A DNA stretch of 64,000 nucleotides from a virus: positions 1-64,000 of the IMG/VR virus record IMGVR_UViG_3300009503_000020. One strand, 5' to 3'. The notes beneath the pieces were generated by a model. It saw nothing but the letters and a program-made list of their open reading frames with translations, made no database searches and had not been told where the DNA came from. Within the stretch, counting starts at the first letter, position 1, and every line of letters begins with the position of its first letter. Shown here piece by piece: positions 10,898-22,824 of the stretch. A program made the position numbers and the translations under genes.

Positions 10898-11353
10898 TTA
10901 AGACTTCTTTGAGTGAGTTGACTTGCAAGCAAGGGAGGATTTGAATTGAAGGTATTTCTCGATGAGTCCAGTACCAAAGATATCAGCCTTCTCACAAAGA
11001 CCATGACAGAAAGAACAGACCCAAATGCCTTTCATAAAGTCTCCATCATCCCAATGGTGATAGACCAATTTGACCTTGTCACCACAAAGCTCACAAGAGC
11101 CATCCGCTGGATAGGGACGTTTGGAAACTTTCCTATGTTTTCCATTGACAGTAATCCAAGTTTCTCTCTGTTGACGAAGAATCTTCTCTCTATCCCTATA
11201 ATAACGCAACCTACCCCACTCCAAGTGTTTCGCCCTGTAAATAGGATCTGTTCTATACCTTCTCTGACGGTTGGCATTGTAACAATCCTTACAGATTCTC
11301 AGCCTAGCATAATAAGGCTCAAAGAACTCACCGCACTGAGGACAGATAGGCAA
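10898..11353 (-). CDS. HNH-like endonuclease with N-terminal zinc finger
   Basis: CPQC...CKDC N-terminus, then CELCG..LVYHHWD...WVCSFCHG. Lone minus-strand gene between the ATPase and its VWA partner. Confidence 0.7.
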   Translation of the reverse strand: MPICPQCGEFFEPYYARLRICKDCYNANRQRRYRTDPIYRAKHLEWGRLRYYRDREKILRQQRETWITVNGKHRKVSKRPYPADGSCELCGDKVKLVYHHWDDGDFMKGIWVCSFCHGLCEKADIFGTGLIEKYLQFKSSLACKSTHSKKS

Positions 11354-11427
11354 CTAATGTCACCTAGCAAAGAAATAGCAAAGAAAATATTTAAGAGTAT
11401 TGTATAAGGAACAGGAGGTGAAACAGG

Positions 11428-12670
11428 ATGGTAAAGAGTAACTTGACACCACGTGAGAGGATTGCAAAAGCCAGGATAAACTTGTTAACTGATTACCCAT
11501 TTTTTCGGGAACCTCGCAATGAAACTAATACCAAGAGAGGTCTCTGATGAAGAGGCTAAGATGTTTGGTATCAACACTATGGGAGTAGACCTATATGGGA
11601 ACCTTGTCTATAATCCACATTGGGTAGATGCTCAGACAGACACTGCACTCAAGTGTGCAGTAACGCATGAGGTGCTTCATGTTGTTCTGAAGCACTTAGA
11701 GAGACTAGGGACAAGACAACAGGAACTATGGAATGTAGCTGTAGATGCTGCAGTCAATGAGATACTAAGTCATACTTTCCAGATACCAGACAAGTGGATA
11801 CGGATTCCAGAGATGAAAGGAAAGTGTGCAGAGGAGATATACGACTGGTTAATTAAGAATGCAAAGATATACAAAGTACCTGTAGGAGGAGGATTTGACT
11901 CTCATATCTTTGGAGGTGACAAAGACCAACAAGGACAAGGTCAAGGACAGAATCAGACAAGTGGACAAGGAAATGCTAATTCACCATTCTACCAACCAGG
12001 ACAGCAACCGTTTGATACTGCAAGGGCAGTTAGAGAAGCATACAACTTTGCTAAGTCTCAAGGCAAGATGCCTGCAGGTATTGAAAGGATGTTTGCAGAC
12101 ATTCTCAATCCACAATTAGACTGGAAGGATGTCTTGAGACGCTTCATAGTGCAAGTGATACCACATGACTTCAGCTATACAAGACCAGCTAAGAAATCCT
12201 ATTCAGTAGGATACTATATGCCTATGATAAAGAGAGAGTCAATAGAACTAGTGATAGGTGTAGACTCTTCAGGGTCTATATCAGATGAGGAATACGCTGA
12301 ATTCCTCTCAGAGATATATGCAATGTGCAAGCAATTTGAAAGCCTGAAGGCTACAGTAATTGTATGTGATGCAGCAGTGCAAGAGGTAATGGAAATAGAT
12401 GAGAACTTTGACCCATATTGTGTCAAAGGTAGAGGCTATGGTGGTACTGATAGCAGACCAGTATACAACTACATTGAAGAGAACATGAATATTCATAATG
12501 TGAAACTGCTAGTCTATTTCTCAGACGGATACATTAACATACCAGACAAGGAGTATCCATTTCCAACTCTATGGATAATAACACAGAATGGTAGGACAGA
12601 GGAAGTAGAGAAGATGAAGAATGCTGTTGTGATACAGATACCAAAGAACGGTGAGAGGGATGACTACTAA
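11428..12670 (+). CDS. DUF2201-type HExxH metallopeptidase-VWA protein, with a one-base frame break at T6 (11500-11505)
   Basis: GGAGGTGA RBS and ATG 11428 give MVKSNLTPRERIAKARINLLTDYPFF, which continues as GNLAMKLIP only in the +1 frame. Downstream motifs: THEVLH, MIDAS DSSGS, GGTD. Confidence 0.8.
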
Positions 12671-12700
12671 CCTCTCACTCAATAAACATACAAGAGGGAA

Positions 12701-15700
12701 ATGATGTTTAGAAAAAGAATTATCACATGTCCATTCATTAAAACATGTAATCTAAACGTAACTAAAGAACACTATCAGACATTCTGTAGAGTAGGAACTA
12801 GATTACCTCAAACCACATATCAACATTGTTACAAATACAGACTCTTGACTATAGAACAAAATGAAAGGAAGAAGCCAAATGAGTGGAACTCTTGTGAGCA
12901 AGAGAAAGGACAATAATGCATTACTCAAAGTAGCCTTCAAGTTTGGTCTTCAACCATTGACATGTATAGCTAACTGCAAGTATCAACACACCTATCAAGA
13001 GGAAAATGTTTGCTTCAACCCAAATGCTTATGAGGACTGTGCAGTGATTATGTACAACTATATAGTTTTACAATGTCCACTCTTTGAACCGAGGGAAAGG
13101 AAATGAATAAGGAATACATTGGTATGTGGAGATATGCCTTAACTAAGAAGCTAAGAAAGAGAATCAACAAGGTAGCTACACTCAAGCTATGCCTTAAGTT
13201 AGATGAGAATACCTGGAGTGAGGGCATACATACTCACTGTGGAACAAACCTCTATGTGGATTGTCCTTTCCATGTGCCAAGTAAGAATCCTCAAACACTA
13301 GGCTACTGCTTAGCTCCAAATGTAGACTCCTATTGGCATGAAGAGATGAAGAGACAAAGAGAGTTCATATCTCCTAGATATGGAGACAAGGTTGTAGGGT
13401 GCTATCTTCAGGTTTTTGCTAAGAAAGGTTATGAGAACTATCTACGAATACAGGCATGGAAACGAAGGAGTAAGGTAAATGTCAAAGGAAGAAAAGAGGA
13501 TACTCATCTTAGATGCTCGCAGGACTCTAAGCCATAGGTGGGAGATAATCATTCAAGGAAAGCATGAACCATGTGTAAAGAGTCCCACTACAGGTCATTG
13601 CACATGTTACTCTTGTACAATGTATCCTTGTTCTCTTTGGGATGAGAGACCTTTGTTTATGTCTGAATACAGAATTGTAAAACTTAAAGACAAGGAGAAT
13701 AAAGATGACAGACCCAGTTAAGAGGTTAATGAGGAGACTTACTCTACCAAGAGAAGTAGCTCTTCTTGAGGAAGCTTGTGAGCAGACTTACACTTTCAAG
13801 TGGAAGTGGTTCAAGGTACCTCAAGTCACTATAAGACATGGAGTCATAAAACAATTCAGAGCAACAAGTCTCCCAATAACCTACTGCACAAGGCTCTTCT
13901 TCTATATTAATAGACAGAGATTAACAGGCTGTATTGAACTATCTCTGTGGAAGTTTGGGAGACCATTCTACTTAGAGTATCTGGAACAAGCATTTAGACA
14001 CATACTAACTAATGACTTAGACAAGAGAGCTGGATGTCATGTGAGTGAATCTAAAGAAGCAGCAAAGGAACTGATTAAGAAACTCTATGGGGTTGAACCA
14101 GTTGAGGTTGCAAAAGACTCCAAGACTCGTCTTCCCTCGTAAGAAGCTACCAAGATGCAAACATAGAGTCTTAGAAAGCAACAAGTGGTTGAGGATTCTT
14201 GAGGGAAAACCCAAGACACCAATCTGTGGAAATACACAATGGGTGCTGAAGTGTTCTCTGAGAAAACCAGATGGTCATTGTATGATAGTCAGGTGTGATT
14301 TGAATCCAAGTCAGGGATGTTGTTACTGGTGTCCTTACAACTATAAAGCAAGGATGAGAGAAGATGGGACTTGATATTGTCTGTGAGTGTGGACATGTTA
14401 GCTTCAGAGCTGGTAGCTACTCTGGATTTGATGAATTCAGACACTGGTTAGCAAGAGGTCTTGGATTCAACTTAGAGGACTACTGGTTTGGAAAGATAAA
14501 GGTGAGAACTCCCTTCAGACCTCTCTTAATGCACTCTGACTGTGACGGATACTTGACACCAAAACAGTGCAAGAGGATGATTGAGCCTATGAGAGAGTTT
14601 ATCAAGACAAGAAAGAAGAAGCTCAAGAACCCTTGGAATGTAATCTTAGGAGAAGTAGATGAAGACTATGAGACTTATCTCCTCTCTAAATGTAAGATGT
14701 GGCTGGAAGCCTTTGAGCATTCAGCAGAGAAAAACTGTAGGCTCATATTCACTTGAAAGGAGGGAAACAGATGTTAGTTGAGTTGGTAGAGGCATATATA
14801 ACTGCTCAACTGCTCATGATGTTGTATTCCCTTGTGAGAGCTGAATATAGACTTAGGAAACTGAAGAAAGACTTGAGGAAAGAATATGAAGCTATGGAGA
14901 AATAGAAGTGACAATGCCACTTGCACTTGCTGTGGTCTAAAGATAAGCTGTGGAGAAGTGTGTGTTAAGATAGAGACATTATACTTCTATCATGGTGCAA
15001 GGAGTTGCTATCTACATATACACTGTATTGATGACTTCTGCAGAGACTTGAAGCAACTCAAGAAGAAGAATGCTCTCAAGTATATCTCATGGAAATTGAG
15101 GTAGTGAAGTTGAGAACAAGTAAAGAACTTAAGAAGCTAATAGATGTGTTAGACAACAAGATAAGGTTCCAACTAGATACAGACTACCTTACTGAGTGGG
15201 TTTTAGAGGAGATAGCAGAAGAAATTGAAAGACAAGCAGTGGAACACTTGAAGAAGAAAGGAATAGATGTGAATAGAGTTAAGGACTATAATTGGGATAT
15301 AGTAGTGGAGGTGAAGTGTTAGATGGAGAAAGAATTTGAAGAGGAATTTCAACATGACTCTGAAAGAGCTTGGTATGGCTATACTCAACAGTTTCAGACT
15401 AACTGCTACTTTATCTTTAGACACAGGAAGAAGTATCAAAGGTCAGTTAGATGCAAGAAATGTGGAGCAAAGATACCTAAAGAAGTGCCAAGGATATTCA
15501 TCTCAGGGTCTTGGTATTACTACACAGGACATTACTGCTTACACTGTGCTGCTGAGAAGATAAGAGAAGACATTATCAAGAAAGAGTATGAGAAGAAAGA
15601 GATTGAGCAGAACCTACAAGACTTGAAGAACTTGTTAGCTATTGTAGAGCATACTAAAGGAAAAGAAGCATACAAGAACTACATGAGCTTGGGAGTCTTG

Positions 15701-17808
15701 TGTGCAAAAATAGAACCAAGTAGGGACAAAAGATGGAGGAGTTGAGAGTAAGCTACGATGCAGATGGGTTCCAAGGAAGATACTACACTATAGTATATTT
15801 CAATACTAAAGATGACAGACTAGGAATGGGAGCTAGCACTTTAGCTGCTGAAGGTATCTACAGGCTGTTTGTCTCTGGAAAGAAGGTAGTGGGTTTGCCA
15901 TGCTCCTATACAGTGAAGCTAACTAACAGAGAAGCTAAAGTCTTCCAACTAATAGCAAGAGCTGAATACCATCTGAAGAGAGCAATATGGAAAGACTTTG
16001 TCACTAAGAGAGTAAGCAAGGAGGAGATGTTGAAGAGACTTGAGAAGGAGTTGCCTGTATGCATACTCGGAAAGAAACTAAAACAAGAGTGAGTGTCTTT
16101 GTTCCTTGTCCTCGCTGTCTGAGTTGGAACACTCTACAGATAGACAAGGAGAAGCAACTGTGGCGTTGTATGCATATGAACTGTCAGCAAGTATTCTCAC
16201 TGAAGAACCATCATGCTCTACTCTTTAAGGATGGCAAGTTCTACAGAGTAAATAAGGATTCTCCAAAGGAACTAAGAGTCATAGTTAGCAAGGTGTTGAG
16301 AGATGTTTGACTTGACTAAGAAGAAGAGACAAGAGTTAGAGAAGATACTAACCAAAGCAGAGAACTCTAAAAAGATACTACACAGAAAGAGAAAGGAGAC
16401 TGCGAGAAAGGTCTGGGACTACAAATGTTCTGAAGATAAGCTATGGTGGTTCATTCAATATTGCAGGAGAGAAATAGGAAGAAGAAAAGCAACACGCTGT
16501 GGAGTGTTACAGAAGCATATCTTACCTTCATGGGGACCATCCTATTCCTGTGGAGCAAAAGACACCTTGCTCTTTAGGAGAGTAGAAGTGTTGTATGAGA
16601 AAGTATGTTACAAATGCAAGTGGACTCCTGAACAGGCTAAGATAAGAAAAGTGCTGTTAAAGATAAGAGGTAGGAGACATGGATAGAAGAAGGCACATGC
16701 AAGAGTATAAAAATAGACAGAAAGAAGACCTATACAAGGTAGTCAAGAAACTACTTGTCCAGAAGAGAGAGACTTCAAGGAAGATGAAAGAAGCACATGA
16801 GACTTTAAGAGATTTACGAGAAGAGATGTGGATTCTAAGTGGGAAGTTAGATGCAGCCAAGACAGCCTTAGGTCAAATGAATGCTAGCAACTGTCCAGCC
16901 TTGCTGACTACTCGGAAGTATAATGTGAAGATATATACTTGTAGAGCCAAGAACTTCAAGCATCCTTGTTGGACTAAGGAGAACATGTTTAGACTTCATT
17001 GCTATGCCTGTAAGCTAACTCAAGAACAGAAGAAACTGTTAATGCAATATCAGGTGATACTGCATGGTAAGAAGAACAATGACTCAGATTGAGTTCCTTA
17101 GGAGATTTGAGAAATTAGAGGAATCAGACAGGACAACACCAGAGTTCATCTTGTCAGCAGATGCAACTCTAGGAGTGCCAAGGTTATCTGATAGTGAGTC
17201 TAGGTTCTTCTCTTTTGGGAGACTCAAAATAAAGAAAAGAGTGAAGAGAGGAGCACTCATGCTTACAAATACTATATGGGTAGATGTTGGTAGAGTCTAC
17301 AGAGCAATGAGAATCTTGAGAAGAAGAAAGAGAGTAGAGCTAGGGCTGTTTCAGCTAGATAGAGCTCTCCTCCCTGCAACTAGAGATGGTGAGCATATTA
17401 TAGTCATAGCACCTCTATACCATACAGACTGGACACAGAAAGAAGCTATACCTCTGGAGGACTTTGTTGAGAGATACCCTGAGAAGAGAATAAGAGAATT
17501 AGAAACATGGATAAGGATACTGGGGTTTGAGTATGGACAAGAAAAGTAAGAGAATATTAGAATACATCCTGTTAGGGAAAGAAGAAGCACAGAAAAGAAA
17601 CCGTATCAGGAGAAGAGAAAAGTATTTATTCTGGAAGAAGGTATACAAGAGACTAAAGGCAACGAAGAGTAAAGCGGATGTGATGAGGTTAATCTTTGAG
17701 TGTATAGATGCAAGGAACGGATGGCACTATGCAAGTCAGGCTGTATACGCTGAAGAGGCTCTGAACTTGTTCCTTGAGGATTATGGTTTAGAAAAGAAAA
17801 GGAGGTGA
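12701..17808 (+). other. Cluster of about 17 Cys/Lys-rich hypothetical ORFs
   Basis: Overlapping + strand ORFs, many with CxxC. 14364-14756 (GSYSGF..LLMHSDCDG) resembles a conserved uncharacterised phage family. Confidence 0.65.
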
Positions 17809-19235
17809 AGAAGGTGTGGAGAGAAAATGTGAAACTCCAAGACATAAAGGATGAGGAAGTATCTAAGAAGATAGACTTGGACTTGAAGCTCTATGCTTTC
17901 AACTTGACTAGAAAACAACTTGAGGAAATGCTAGTCTACAAAGGAGCTGTCCTGCACAAGCTATCTCAAGGATACACAAACAGTTTGCTTCTAGTCAGAG
18001 CAGAGAAGGTCATTGTTAATGAGAGAGACTCACTCCACTTGGTTGTGTGGAGCAATGGTCAGTTCTCTCTCTTCAATAAAGAAGCTAAGTGTGAAGATAT
18101 TCCAATGATATACAGAGGTTGGGGTAAAGGATATGGAAGTATATGGGATGACTTGAAAGAGGGGGTCTATGCTGTATTTGCAGAGAGCTGGAAGACCTAT
18201 GAGCTAGCTTGTCTAACAGACTGTAAGACAGAAGAAGAGGCTAAGAAATGGGTTGCTCTGTATACAGAGTGTCTAAGACTAAAAGACAAGTATTATACCT
18301 ATGAGGAATTCAACTCAGTAGAACACTTGAGTGAGGAAAGCATTGTTACTCTTGCAAACTTAGAAGACTACAAGAAGAAAATAGATGAGACTGTCAAGAA
18401 GATAGAGAGGCTTGAGGCTAGAGAGCTAGTCTTGAAGAACACTGCTCTTCAGGAAAGAATAAAGATAGAAGGAAACAAGATAACAATAAAGGGACTAGAT
18501 GACCATACTTATGAGATAGAAGCAGATGTTACTTGGAAGAAGGAAGACTTTGCTAGCTTTGTATACAGACACAGATATAATTGGAAGCCATCTGACCAGA
18601 GTGATGTGAAACTGGCTACTCTATTCCCAAGTCTGATAGAGAAACTAAGACCTTGGATAAGCCTCTTCAAGCTATCTGTAGATGGTAAAGACCCTGTCAA
18701 GATAGAGACAAAGATAGTCAAGAATAGAAGAGGACAACCTACAACAATGACCTACTTAGATGACAGGAGAGTAGCTTTTGAGGACATGTATCAAGCACTG
18801 TGGAACTACTTCATAAAAGGAAGTCCTTTAGTGCATCCAGCAGAGGAGAAAGAGGAAGAGAAAAAGGACAAGGAAGAGCTTCTGAACATAAAGAAACAGA
18901 GAGAAGAGAAGCTGACTGCTGAGGGTATATCTGGATACATTACTGACTTGGAAGGAGAGACACCAATAACTCTTGGCTTTGAGAAGGTAAAGAACAATTG
19001 GTATCTTGTTATTGGAGAGAAGAAGATACTACTCAAAGGAGGAATAGAGACTATACACTCTCTGGAGAGAGTATTGAAGGGAACAGCTCAAGGATACAAT
19101 GCAAGACATAGCACAGAGGAATTCTACAATAGACTGTCAAGAGTCTTAAGTCCTGAAGAGGCTCTTGAGATAATCACTGAAGCAAAGCAACTTGGTAAAC
19201 TCTGCAAGGCAATAGGTCCTAACTCTAACAACTGA
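17805..19235 (+). CDS. 476-aa hypothetical protein
   Basis: Long ORF with GGAGGTGA at its start; no motif recognised. Confidence 0.75.
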   Translation: MKKVWRENVKLQDIKDEEVSKKIDLDLKLYAFNLTRKQLEEMLVYKGAVLHKLSQGYTNSLLLVRAEKVIVNERDSLHLVVWSNGQFSLFNKEAKCEDIPMIYRGWGKGYGSIWDDLKEGVYAVFAESWKTYELACLTDCKTEEEAKKWVALYTECLRLKDKYYTYEEFNSVEHLSEESIVTLANLEDYKKKIDETVKKIERLEARELVLKNTALQERIKIEGNKITIKGLDDHTYEIEADVTWKKEDFASFVYRHRYNWKPSDQSDVKLATLFPSLIEKLRPWISLFKLSVDGKDPVKIETKIVKNRRGQPTTMTYLDDRRVAFEDMYQALWNYFIKGSPLVHPAEEKEEEKKDKEELLNIKKQREEKLTAEGISGYITDLEGETPITLGFEKVKNNWYLVIGEKKILLKGGIETIHSLERVLKGTAQGYNARHSTEEFYNRLSRVLSPEEALEIITEAKQLGKLCKAIGPNSNN

Positions 19236-19960
19236 GGGAGAGTATGAGAAGGAAAGAAAGAGAAGTGTTGACTAAAGTCTTAGGTCTAAGAGTTGGAGAT
19301 AGAGTCAGAATAGAGTGGAAAAAGTGGAACCTTGAAGGGACATATCCAAGATATGGGACAGTAGTCAAAACAAGCAAGCTAGGCTATGTAGTCCAGTTTG
19401 ACAATGGTGGAAGATATTGGGTAGGACTCAACTTAGTAGTGTTAGCTGAAAGGAGGAGGTGAGTAGTTTGAATACCTTGAAGGAAGTTCTAATGTCAATA
19501 AAGCATCTTGTGACCTTGATACGCACTGCTTATGCAGGTGGATTCTCAGAATGCACAGACTCTCAAGGAATGAGATGGCACATTGCTGAAGACTCCAACC
19601 GGGCAATGAGGATTGAAGGTCCCAAGAGAATATGGCTTAATGACATAGAAGACCTGATGTCAAATATTGAAGAGGTCTTCTTTATAGCTTCAAAGGCTGT
19701 TGACTTCTTGAAAGATAGCCTAGAGACATATGAGAGTGTTAAGAATATCCTTGCTCCTTTCATACTGCAAGAGAAGATAAGCAAGACACTGGAGGTGAGA
19801 AAGTGAGAGTAAAGATAGACAGGAAACGAAAGCTCATAGCCCTATACCATTCAGATGGCAAACGCTTTATCTGGCTGAAGTGGGAGACTTGGCAGAAGCT
19901 CAAAGAGGAAATAGACCGTAAGGTGACCAAGAGCCATGCTTTCTAAAGGAGGGAAGACAG

Positions 19961-20080
19961 GTGAGAGAGAAAGTCTACTACTGTAATGTGTGTGGTCAAG
20001 TATCTAAGACAAAGAAATGTCAAGCATGTGGAAATGAGTGTGTGGTCATAGAGATACCAGACCACTTAGAAACACTCTGA
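19961..20080 (+). CDS. 39-aa zinc-finger microprotein
   Basis: GGAGG RBS and GTG start. MREKVYYCNVCGQVSKTKKCQACGNEC has two CxxC pairs. Confidence 0.6.
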   Translation: MREKVYYCNVCGQVSKTKKCQACGNECVVIEIPDHLETL

Positions 20081-20138
20081 GTGACAGTCTAGACAGTTCA
20101 ACTCAGAGGCTCCCTATGCATAAAACAGAGGCTGTAAC

Positions 20139-21029
20139 TTGACATACTTCTGTAAGTGGAGATCTGACTACTGTGGGAAGAGGATATGCTGTCGTTCTTG
20201 TAGACTGAAGAAGGAATGCCCTAAAGTATGCTCTCTAACTTACAAGCCCTGTGAATATAGAGTGAGCACTTGGAAACTAATCTTGGAGGGTGGTTGAACT
20301 AACAGTGACCTTGAGTGTTCTCCGAAAAGGATATAAGTCCTAACCCTCTAAATGTCTATAGCAATAAACGAAAGGTGCTGCACGTTAAAGAGAGGATAGA
20401 AGTTGACCAGGAGAATAACTAAGATATATTGTGGTAAGAGACCATGTGAACAAGGCAAGAGACTGTGCTGCAGATACTGCCCAGAGAAGTGCTCTGTTAG
20501 ATGTAAAGTCAAAGGATGCAATTTCAGAACATATCTCTGGGACAAAATATTTGAGGAAGGGACTTGAAGAAGATATACTGTTGGTCTTGGGAGTTCTGTC
20601 CTCTAAAGAAGAAGATCTGTTGTGTGTATTGCAAGGAAGACTGTCCTCAAAGGTGTTCAGCATCCAGAAAAGGAGAAGACACCTCTAAGTGCAGAGTAAC
20701 TTTATGGGAGTTGATTTTAGAGACATGAGGAAGAGATACTGTCCTACATGGTGGTTATGTCCTAAAAAGAAGAAGGTGTGCTGTAGGTTCTGCAATGAAA
20801 GAGACAGTTGTCCTCAAGAGTGTGTTTCAACAGACTGTGAGCCAGTCAACTTCTGGGAACTACTGCTGGGTGAAGGAGCTTGAGATACTGTAAGGCATGG
20901 TATTGGAGAGACTGTCACAAGAAGATATGCTGTAAAGACTGCAAGAACAAGAGATGCAAGAAGAGATGTCATTGGCTAATAGACTGTGAATGGGAAGGAA
21001 CAGTATGGAATATAGTCTTAGACACATGA
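20139..21029 (+). CDS. Five tandem paralogous Cys-rich miniproteins (20139-20297, 20403-20567, 20564-20728, 20725-20883, 20880-21029)
   Basis: Shared pattern (Y/F)C-x4-7-C-x1-3-K-(K/R)-(I/L/V)CCxxC-x3-5-C-xxx-C-xn-C-x5-6-W-xx-(I/L). The last four are coupled by TTGA/ATGA overlaps. Mostly missed by the ORF track. Confidence 0.8.
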
Positions 21030-21721
21030 GGAATGGAGAGACAGACAAGCGAATATACCTAATTAGTAGGCTATTCCTATCCTTAGAGAGAGTAAGTATA
21101 AGGTATCTTAGACATGTTAAGACAGTTGGAAGTGTCTGTATTGGCTCACGTAATTGCATGGATAATTGTTGTTGGAATTGTTGATGTATTGGGTTTAGCC
21201 TTCTCTGGAATACTCAAGATTATATGGTTAGTTATTAAGAAGGTGTATTCTCTATTTAGAAAACAACAGAAGAAAGAAAACAAACAGAGGGTATCCTTCT
21301 TTGGAGATACTGAAAAGAAACTTGAGTATGAACCTTATGGTGAAAGCACAGCAGAGTTAGATGAGGAGGATGAGGAATAAATGAGGAGAGATGAAAGTCT
21401 TAAAGAGTTGGAGAATTACTTGAGATGGATGAAGATCCTTAAATCTGAAGAAGTAAAAGTAAGAGTAAGGGAATTTCCATGTTTAGAACATTATGCTAAT
21501 AAAGTCTTGAAATATCCCAGAGTTCAACATGAAACTCTTGGAGAGTTAGTTCCATACTCTACAATAGATGACAATGAGAATTGGGAAGATGTAGTTTTTA
21601 AGGGAGTAGGTTTCTATTACTCAGTTCCTTCAAGGGCTTTTGTCTTTAAAGATTATCCAAGAGAAAGAGGATGTGATAGAGCATGGAAATGGTTTCAGAC
21701 ATTAAAAAGGAGGAGAGAAAT

Positions 21722-22330
21722 ATGAAGGAGTTTCATTTCTCTAAAGGGAATACTAAACTGTCTAAGAATGTCTTAATATGGAACCTTCCAGCAATAACTA
21801 CTTGCCCTGGGAGTTCAACTGAGTGTAGAAGATTCTGTTATGCCCTAAAGGCTGAACGTCTGTATCCCTCTTGCTTACCCTCGAGGAAAAAGAATCTGGA
21901 GTTCTCTAAGAGACAAGACTTTGTTGAACAGATAGTAGCATACTTGAAGAAACGTAAAGAGACAATTATTAGAGTGCACGAATCGGGAGACTTCTACAAC
22001 TACCTATACTTACAGAAATGGTGTGAAATAGCAAGACAACTTCCAGAGAAGACTTTCTATGCATATACTAAGTCATACTACATGGCTAACTTCTGGAAGG
22101 ATATACCAAACAACTTGAAGTTAATCCAGAGTGTTGAATCAAGATTTCCTCAGACAGTAGACTGGCAAAAGTCAACTGCAAGAGTAATAAGAGAGATAAC
22201 TGAAAGACTACCTAATGAGTTTATCTGTCCAGAACAGATGGCTAAGAAAAGAGGCAAGAGAATTAAATGTATGCAAGAGTGTCAGATGTGCTTAAGAGAT
22301 AATATACATGTTTGTTTCCTCCTACACTAA
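21722..22330 (+). CDS. GP88-like (radical-SAM-like Fe-S) phage protein
   Basis: KGNTKL..NLPAITTCPGSSTECRRFCYA..IRVHESGDF..YAYTKS. Start revised to ATG 21722. Confidence 0.75.
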   Translation: MKEFHFSKGNTKLSKNVLIWNLPAITTCPGSSTECRRFCYALKAERLYPSCLPSRKKNLEFSKRQDFVEQIVAYLKKRKETIIRVHESGDFYNYLYLQKWCEIARQLPEKTFYAYTKSYYMANFWKDIPNNLKLIQSVESRFPQTVDWQKSTARVIREITERLPNEFICPEQMAKKRGKRIKCMQECQMCLRDNIHVCFLLH

Positions 22331-22824
22331 GAGGAAAGAATATGGAGACATCAAAGCATCCAGATATCAAACTCTGGAGGAAAGTCTTGGGATATTCTGA
22401 AGGTGAAAAACTAAAGTTAATCAGACCTTACAAGTATCCAAGAGTTAAAAAGGGAGAAATAGGAACAATTGTAAACTGTTGGGATACTGGAGATGAAATT
22501 CTTGGTTGGTGTTTTATTCTTAAGTTTCCAAGAAAGAGGAAACTTGTTGTATTTAGTGATGAAGTGGAGGAAGTCTGACAATGGTAGTAAGGTATCAAAG
22601 GAAGGGAGGACTTCCCTACTTGGCTTACTCATCTTATGAGGATACACCATTTATTGAGAAGACTTATCCTATCAGGCTAAGTGTGTGGAATAGGTTCTTA
22701 GAGGAGATATTAGTTATTCCCTTTGCTGAGGCAAATAGCAAGGAACTCAAGAGAATGTTTCCAGAAGGAATTATCTGTTCTTGTGGTAATCATTTTAAGG
22801 AGACAATTGTCATAATCTTTTCTG

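Noticed and set aside
10946-11407. + strand 153-aa ORF over the HNH gene
   Set aside because: It is the antisense shadow of the motif-bearing minus-strand HNH and has no motif of its own.
20283-20349. Hairpin TGGAGGGT/ACCCTCTA with small inner stems
   Set aside because: It has only 8 bp with a wobble and overlaps a coding end; insufficient support for an RNA gene.
20385-21184. Track ORFs 20431-20688(+), 20385-20663(-), 20348-20545(-), 20860-21159(-) and 20990-21184(+)
   Set aside because: They are alternative frames over the Cys-rich miniprotein array, which has RBSs, coupled overlaps and a shared motif.
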